In this document: piece by piece, positions 60,037 to 64,000 of the stretch
How the letters are laid out: the number at the start of each line of letters is the position of its first letter
How positions within the stretch are numbered: position 1 is the stretch's first letter
Source of the DNA: an uncultured delta proteobacterium
GTDB taxonomy: Bacteria > Desulfobacterota > RBG-13-43-22
Assembly (NCBI GenBank): GCA_963843145.1
Contig: CAWJJC010000022.1
Coordinates: 32,001-96,000 of the forward strand
Length of the DNA stretch: 64,000 nucleotides
Direction: 5' to 3'
Notes under the pieces: model-generated
Database searches by the model: none
Told to the model about the DNA's origin: nothing
What the model saw: the letters and a program-made list of their open reading frames with translations, nothing else
Made by a program: the position numbers and the translations under genes

Positions 60037-60052
60037 TGTTCCACGTGGAACT
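60037..60052. promoter_or_regulatory. parS site
   Basis: TGTTCCACGTGGAACT matches the parS consensus TGTTNCACGTGNAACA; lies just upstream of parA. Confidence 0.85.
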
Positions 60053-60109
60053 TTTTAATCGTTGAAAAAAAAATAGTTCTGGCCTAATGATAACAATTAG
60101 AAACAGGGG

Positions 60110-60889
60110 GTGATTATGGGCAAAGTCATTGCGGTGGTCAATCAAAAGGGGGGGGTGGGTAAGACCGCCACGGTGATCAACTTAGCGGCAGCCTTGGCCC
60201 TGGGTGAAAATAGGACGCTGATCGTGGACTGCGATCCACAGGGAAACGCCAGCAGTGGATTGGGAGTACCGGAAGAGGAGGGCCGACTAACTCTATATCA
60301 TTTATTGACCGGATCCATTCCGCCCGGGGAATTGATTCTCCCTACAGCTTTCCCGTTACTTCAGTTGCTTCCAGCCGATATCAATCTCGTAGGGGCTGAA
60401 ATCGAATTGGTCCAATCTTCTGATCGCGAAGGGGTCCTGAGGGAAAAGATTGCCCCTTTGGTTTCCCGATATGATTTTATTTTACTGGATGCCCCGCCCT
60501 CATTAGGGTTGTTGACCTTAAACGCTCTGACGGCGGCCCAGACCTTGATTGTCCCCACCCAATGTGAATATTATGCCATGGAAGGGCTGAGCAAGCTGCT
60601 TAAAACCGTTGCCCTGGTCCAGCAAAAGCTCAATCCTTCCCTGAGGATCGAGGGAATCCTCTTAACCATGTTTGATTCCCGAAACAACCTATCCAGTCAG
60701 GTGGAAGAAGAAGTCCGGGCGCATTTTGAAGCCCTGGTTTTCAAAACCGTGATTCCCAGAAACGTGCGCATCAGCGAAAGCCCCAGCCACGGGATGCCGG
60801 TAATCCACTACGATCTTCATTCACGCGGGGCCCAAAGCTATTTGGAGTTGGGAAAAGAATTGTTGGAAAGGGGGCAGGTGGATGGTTGA
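60110..60889 (+). CDS. parA: Chromosome partitioning ATPase ParA/Soj
   Basis: NQKGGVGKT, DCDPQGN, QCEYYAMEG and IPRNVR motifs; start may be ATG 60116. Confidence 0.96.
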   Translation: MIMGKVIAVVNQKGGVGKTATVINLAAALALGENRTLIVDCDPQGNASSGLGVPEEEGRLTLYHLLTGSIPPGELILPTAFPLLQLLPADINLVGAEIELVQSSDREGVLREKIAPLVSRYDFILLDAPPSLGLLTLNALTAAQTLIVPTQCEYYAMEGLSKLLKTVALVQQKLNPSLRIEGILLTMFDSRNNLSSQVEEEVRAHFEALVFKTVIPRNVRISESPSHGMPVIHYDLHSRGAQSYLELGKELLERGQVDG

Positions 60890-61742
60890 AGCGAAACATC
60901 AAAAAAAAGGTTTAGGGAAGGGATTAGGGGCCTTGATTCCCCAGGCGCAACCGGCCCCGGACCTCCGAAAACGGACTTACTTGCTGGTGGGGATTGAGGA
61001 AATCCGGCCAAACCCCTGGCAACCCAGGAAAAAGGTGGGAAGTGCGGCGATAGATCAATTGGCCGAGTCCATCCGGGAGCATGGTATCATCCAACCCCTG
61101 GTAGTCAGGTCAGCGGAAAATGGCTACGAATTGATTGCCGGGGAACGACGCTGGCGGGCGGCTCAAAAGGCAGGCCTTCACGAAGTGCCGGTGGTCATCA
61201 AGGAAACCGACGCGCACCAACAACTGGAATTGGCTCTGATTGAAAATATTCAGCGGCAAAATTTGAATCCCCTGGAGGAAGCGGAGGCTTATCAGCAATT
61301 GCTGGAAGAATTCGGGCTGTCTCAGGAGGAAATCGGGCAAAGGGTAGGAAAGGATCGTTCGACCATTGCCAATTTGTTAAGGATTTTGAAACTCCCTCTT
61401 CAAATTCGGGAAAAAATCCTGGAGGGGCAGTTATCGCTGGGACAGGCCAAGTGTCTGTTAAGCCTGGATTCGTCCCAAGAGCAGTTGGAGTTGGCTGATC
61501 TCATCATCAAACGCGGGCTTTCTGTCCGGGAACTGGAAAAAAGGATCAAAAAGGGGGGGGGCGGAGTGGAACGGAAAAGCCCTCCCTTGGCGGAACGCGA
61601 GGAGGATTGGGTCAAGCCTTTAATACGTCAATACCAAACAAAAGTTCAAGTCAAGAGAGGAAAAAAAGGGGGCCGCATCGAAATTCATTTTCTCTCGGAA
61701 GAAGAATTGATTCGCCTGGTCGACCTTCTGATGCACCGTTAG
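60882..61742 (+). CDS. parB: Chromosome partitioning protein ParB/Spo0J
   Basis: GLGKGLGAL, NPWQPR, AGERRWRA and ENIQR motifs; HTH GKDRSTIAN. Confidence 0.96.
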   Translation: MVEAKHQKKGLGKGLGALIPQAQPAPDLRKRTYLLVGIEEIRPNPWQPRKKVGSAAIDQLAESIREHGIIQPLVVRSAENGYELIAGERRWRAAQKAGLHEVPVVIKETDAHQQLELALIENIQRQNLNPLEEAEAYQQLLEEFGLSQEEIGQRVGKDRSTIANLLRILKLPLQIREKILEGQLSLGQAKCLLSLDSSQEQLELADLIIKRGLSVRELEKRIKKGGGGVERKSPPLAEREEDWVKPLIRQYQTKVQVKRGKKGGRIEIHFLSEEELIRLVDLLMHR

Positions 61743-61763
61743 ATATTTTTGGCTGGGGGCAGT

Positions 61764-62282
61764 ATGGCGATTCAGATAATAATTGACGGGTATAATTTAA
61801 TCCGGCTTTACCCGCCCCTGGCCCGGGCAGAGCAGCAAAACTTTTCGGAGGGGCGGGAAAAATTGCTTCGCTGGTTGGAGGAGTACCGGCGAACAAAGCC
61901 ACTCTCTTTGACAGTGGTTTTTGACGGTGGCCAAGGCGGGGGATTGAAGGAAGAACATGACCGCTATAAGGGAATAAAAATAACCTATTCCCCTTTGGGG
62001 GTGACGGCCGACGATATCATAAAACGGTTGGTCAGGAAAAATTCCGCTCAGATCCTGGTGGTAACTTCCGACCTGGAATTAGCCAATTACTGCCAGTCTC
62101 AAGGGGCCGGGGCCATGGGGTCTCTGGAATTTGCGTCCCGGGTGAACGCCAAATTGGAAGAGGAGGATGATTTTCCAGATAAAGAGGAGGAGGAAAACCT
62201 AAATCCCAGGAAAAAGAAGGGTGTATCTCATCGAATCTCCAAGCGAAAGAAACGGGAGACGCGCTTGTGGGAGAAGATTTAG
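61764..62282 (+). CDS. NYN/YacP-like RNase domain protein
   Basis: IIDGYNL, VVFDG, TADD and VTSD motifs. Confidence 0.88.
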   Translation: MAIQIIIDGYNLIRLYPPLARAEQQNFSEGREKLLRWLEEYRRTKPLSLTVVFDGGQGGGLKEEHDRYKGIKITYSPLGVTADDIIKRLVRKNSAQILVVTSDLELANYCQSQGAGAMGSLEFASRVNAKLEEEDDFPDKEEEENLNPRKKKGVSHRISKRKKRETRLWEKI

Positions 62283-62347
62283 CCAAAAAAATTAGATTTT
62301 TACATCCGTTGCTAGAGACAAATTCTCAGAACAATGGATGTAAAAAT

Positions 62348-62953
62348 CTAATTTTTCCAGGATTTCTCTTCCCCTCGAATGATTCTTTTGATGTTCTCGT
62401 GGTGTTTGAGGATGATGCCTAAGGCAATGAAGAGGGAAAGAACCACGGTTTCGGTCGGGTAGTGTAACCACCAGAGAAAAACCGGAAAGGAGACGGCCGA
62501 TACCATTGAACCCAAGGACACGAATTTCCCGAAGTAGGTAGTAACCAGAAAGATCGGAATGGCCAGCAGCACAACCAGAGGGCTGAATATCAGGAAAATG
62601 CCTAAGGCGGTTGCCACGCCTTTTCCCCCCTTGAAGCCCAGGTAGACCGGAAAACAATGCCCCAAAAAGGCCCCAAAAGCAATCATGGCCAAGGGGTATC
62701 CGCCAGAGCTGGAAAAACCGCTTAATCCCCATTGTCCGATCCAAACCGCGATCATCCCTTTTAATACGTCGCCCAGGAGAGTTAGAATACCCCATTTTTT
62801 ACCCATTACCCGGGAGACGTTGGTGGCTCCGATATTCCTGCTGCCCTGCCGCTGAAGATCTCCTTGACCAAAGAGACTTGATAAAATTACACCGGTCGGT
62901 ATCGCACCGATCAGGTAAGCGATTACAAATAACAAGGATAGGTAGAGTATCAT
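62348..62953 (-). CDS. plsY: Glycerol-3-phosphate acyltransferase PlsY
   Basis: GSRNIGATNV, DVLKG, GHCFP, GGKGVAT and HHENI motifs. Confidence 0.95.
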   Translation of the reverse strand: MILYLSLLFVIAYLIGAIPTGVILSSLFGQGDLQRQGSRNIGATNVSRVMGKKWGILTLLGDVLKGMIAVWIGQWGLSGFSSSGGYPLAMIAFGAFLGHCFPVYLGFKGGKGVATALGIFLIFSPLVVLLAIPIFLVTTYFGKFVSLGSMVSAVSFPVFLWWLHYPTETVVLSLFIALGIILKHHENIKRIIRGEEKSWKN

Positions 62954-62974
62954 AAGGCCCTATGGTTATTAAGA

Positions 62975-63886
62975 TTATTTAATTAACTTGGATAGGGAGA
63001 CGATTTCCACCCTGCTTTTAATCGAAGGGAGCTGCTCTCTCATAACCTGCAATAACAGAGGATAAGGATGGCCAGAGCCTACCGCGAACTCTCGGGTCTG
63101 GGCCAAACGGATCAGTTTTTCCAATTGCTGGCGAATAGGACCCTCGGCGATTTCGTTATCCAGGAAGACATTTCTCTGGAGATACTTTACTCCTAAGTCT
63201 TTGGCCAAGGAGGGAACCACCGATTGGGGAGTGGTAAGGCTGTCCAAAAAAAATAGATTTCTTTTCTTTAGAGATTCTAAAACTACCGCCATCTTTTCCC
63301 GGTTTTCAGTAAAACGGGAGCCCATATGATTATTAGCCCCCGGAACAAAAGGAAACTCTTTAAAATCATTATCGACAATATGCATGATCTCGGCTGCGCT
63401 CATAGAAAGCAGCAGCGCCCCCGGACCCGGATTGGTTCTGGGGTAGTCAAGGGGTTCCATCGGTAAATGTAATATAATTTCCTTGCCCTTTTCCCGGGCT
63501 AAAAGGGCCATTTCTTTGGCGTGAGGGGCCTGAGGCAAAAAGGAAAGCGTCAAAGGGGCCTGAAGATCGATAAATTCCTGGGCTATATGCCTATCATATC
63601 CTAAGTCATCGATTACTATAGCTATTTTGTGTAGTTCGGGAATTGGTTTAAGCACGGTCTCCTGCTTCGAAAGGGGGGCTTGAGGCACGAATATATCTTT
63701 GGGAGGCTGCGGTTCCATGGCTTCGTAAGGAAGTTCTGGAACCATCCTTGAAGTTAGATAGTTTTTCCAGAAATAATAACCTCCAATAGTGGAAAGAAGC
63801 AGGGTAAGCCCAAAAAGGAGAAGGATTCCCTGGTATAAGGGAATCCTTCTTTTTTTTTCGGGAGAGGTTTTGTTTTTCGGGGGCAC
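62975..63886 (-). CDS. Divergent polysaccharide deacetylase (YibQ-like)
   Basis: IVIDDLG, HLPMEP, NNHMGS, DSLT, FLDN and GHP motifs. Confidence 0.92.
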   Translation of the reverse strand: MPPKNKTSPEKKRRIPLYQGILLLFGLTLLLSTIGGYYFWKNYLTSRMVPELPYEAMEPQPPKDIFVPQAPLSKQETVLKPIPELHKIAIVIDDLGYDRHIAQEFIDLQAPLTLSFLPQAPHAKEMALLAREKGKEIILHLPMEPLDYPRTNPGPGALLLSMSAAEIMHIVDNDFKEFPFVPGANNHMGSRFTENREKMAVVLESLKKRNLFFLDSLTTPQSVVPSLAKDLGVKYLQRNVFLDNEIAEGPIRQQLEKLIRLAQTREFAVGSGHPYPLLLQVMREQLPSIKSRVEIVSLSKLIK

Positions 63887-63894
63887 CGGGGGCT

Positions 63895-64000
63895 TTAAGG
63901 GGCAGCCGACTTAAAGACCTGAGAAAACACACCCCAACTTTTTAATAAATGCAAAGCACTAGCCAATTGGGGGTCGTCAGCCTCTTCCTCTTCTGGGGTC
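63895..64000 (-). CDS. ctpA: C-terminus of a probable S41 carboxyl-terminal protease (partial)
   Basis: ...DDPQLASALHLLKSWGVF...*; S41 protease genes commonly precede the divergent deacetylase. Confidence 0.6.
   Translation of the reverse strand, partial: TPEEEEADDPQLASALHLLKSWGVFSQVFKSAAP

Noticed and set aside
61553-61561. G9 run in parB (and G8 in parA) as phase-variable tracts
   Set aside because: Both frames are intact and encode Gly-rich segments.

Overview
Bacterial chromosomal window, GC-rich. Gene content and order suggest an anaerobic Desulfobacterota (deltaproteobacterial) genome; this taxonomy is an inference. The window appears to span the replication origin. Left arm (minus strand): mreBCD-mrdA, a DUF362/Cys-motif/thioredoxin trio, and a complete Wood-Ljungdahl carbonyl-branch cluster (acsV/RACo, cooC, acsD with a ~210-aa extension, acsA, acsB, acsC, acsE). 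An AT-rich spacer with DnaA-box-like 9-mers precedes dnaN-gyrB-gyrA-gpsA, but dnaA is absent. The right arm holds lipid/CoA metabolism genes, a QueG/RdhA-like Fe-S protein, a CusRS-like pair followed by degP-dedA-mgtA, and a corrinoid methyl-transfer module (UroD-fold methyltransferase, pterin-binding/corrinoid fusion, second RACo). That module is flanked by an acyl-CoA ligase, a crotonase lacking the catalytic Glu residues and an ADP-forming acyl-CoA synthetase. Further right are vapBC, a sigma54-type amtB, parS-parA-parB-NYN, plsY, a divergent polysaccharide deacetylase and the end of ctpA. Best candidates for new biology: (1) the methyl-transfer/CoA module of unknown substrate; (2) a nested miniature inverted-repeat element seen in filled, truncated and empty forms; (3) a probable oriC without dnaA, directly abutting the ACS cluster; (4) the AcsD extension; (5) a tail-anchored beta-solenoid protein. 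Two frameshifts at G7 runs (gyrA and the response regulator) are probably sequencing errors. No rRNA, tRNA, CRISPR array or transposase was recognised. All calls come from reading the sequence; no database searches were run.
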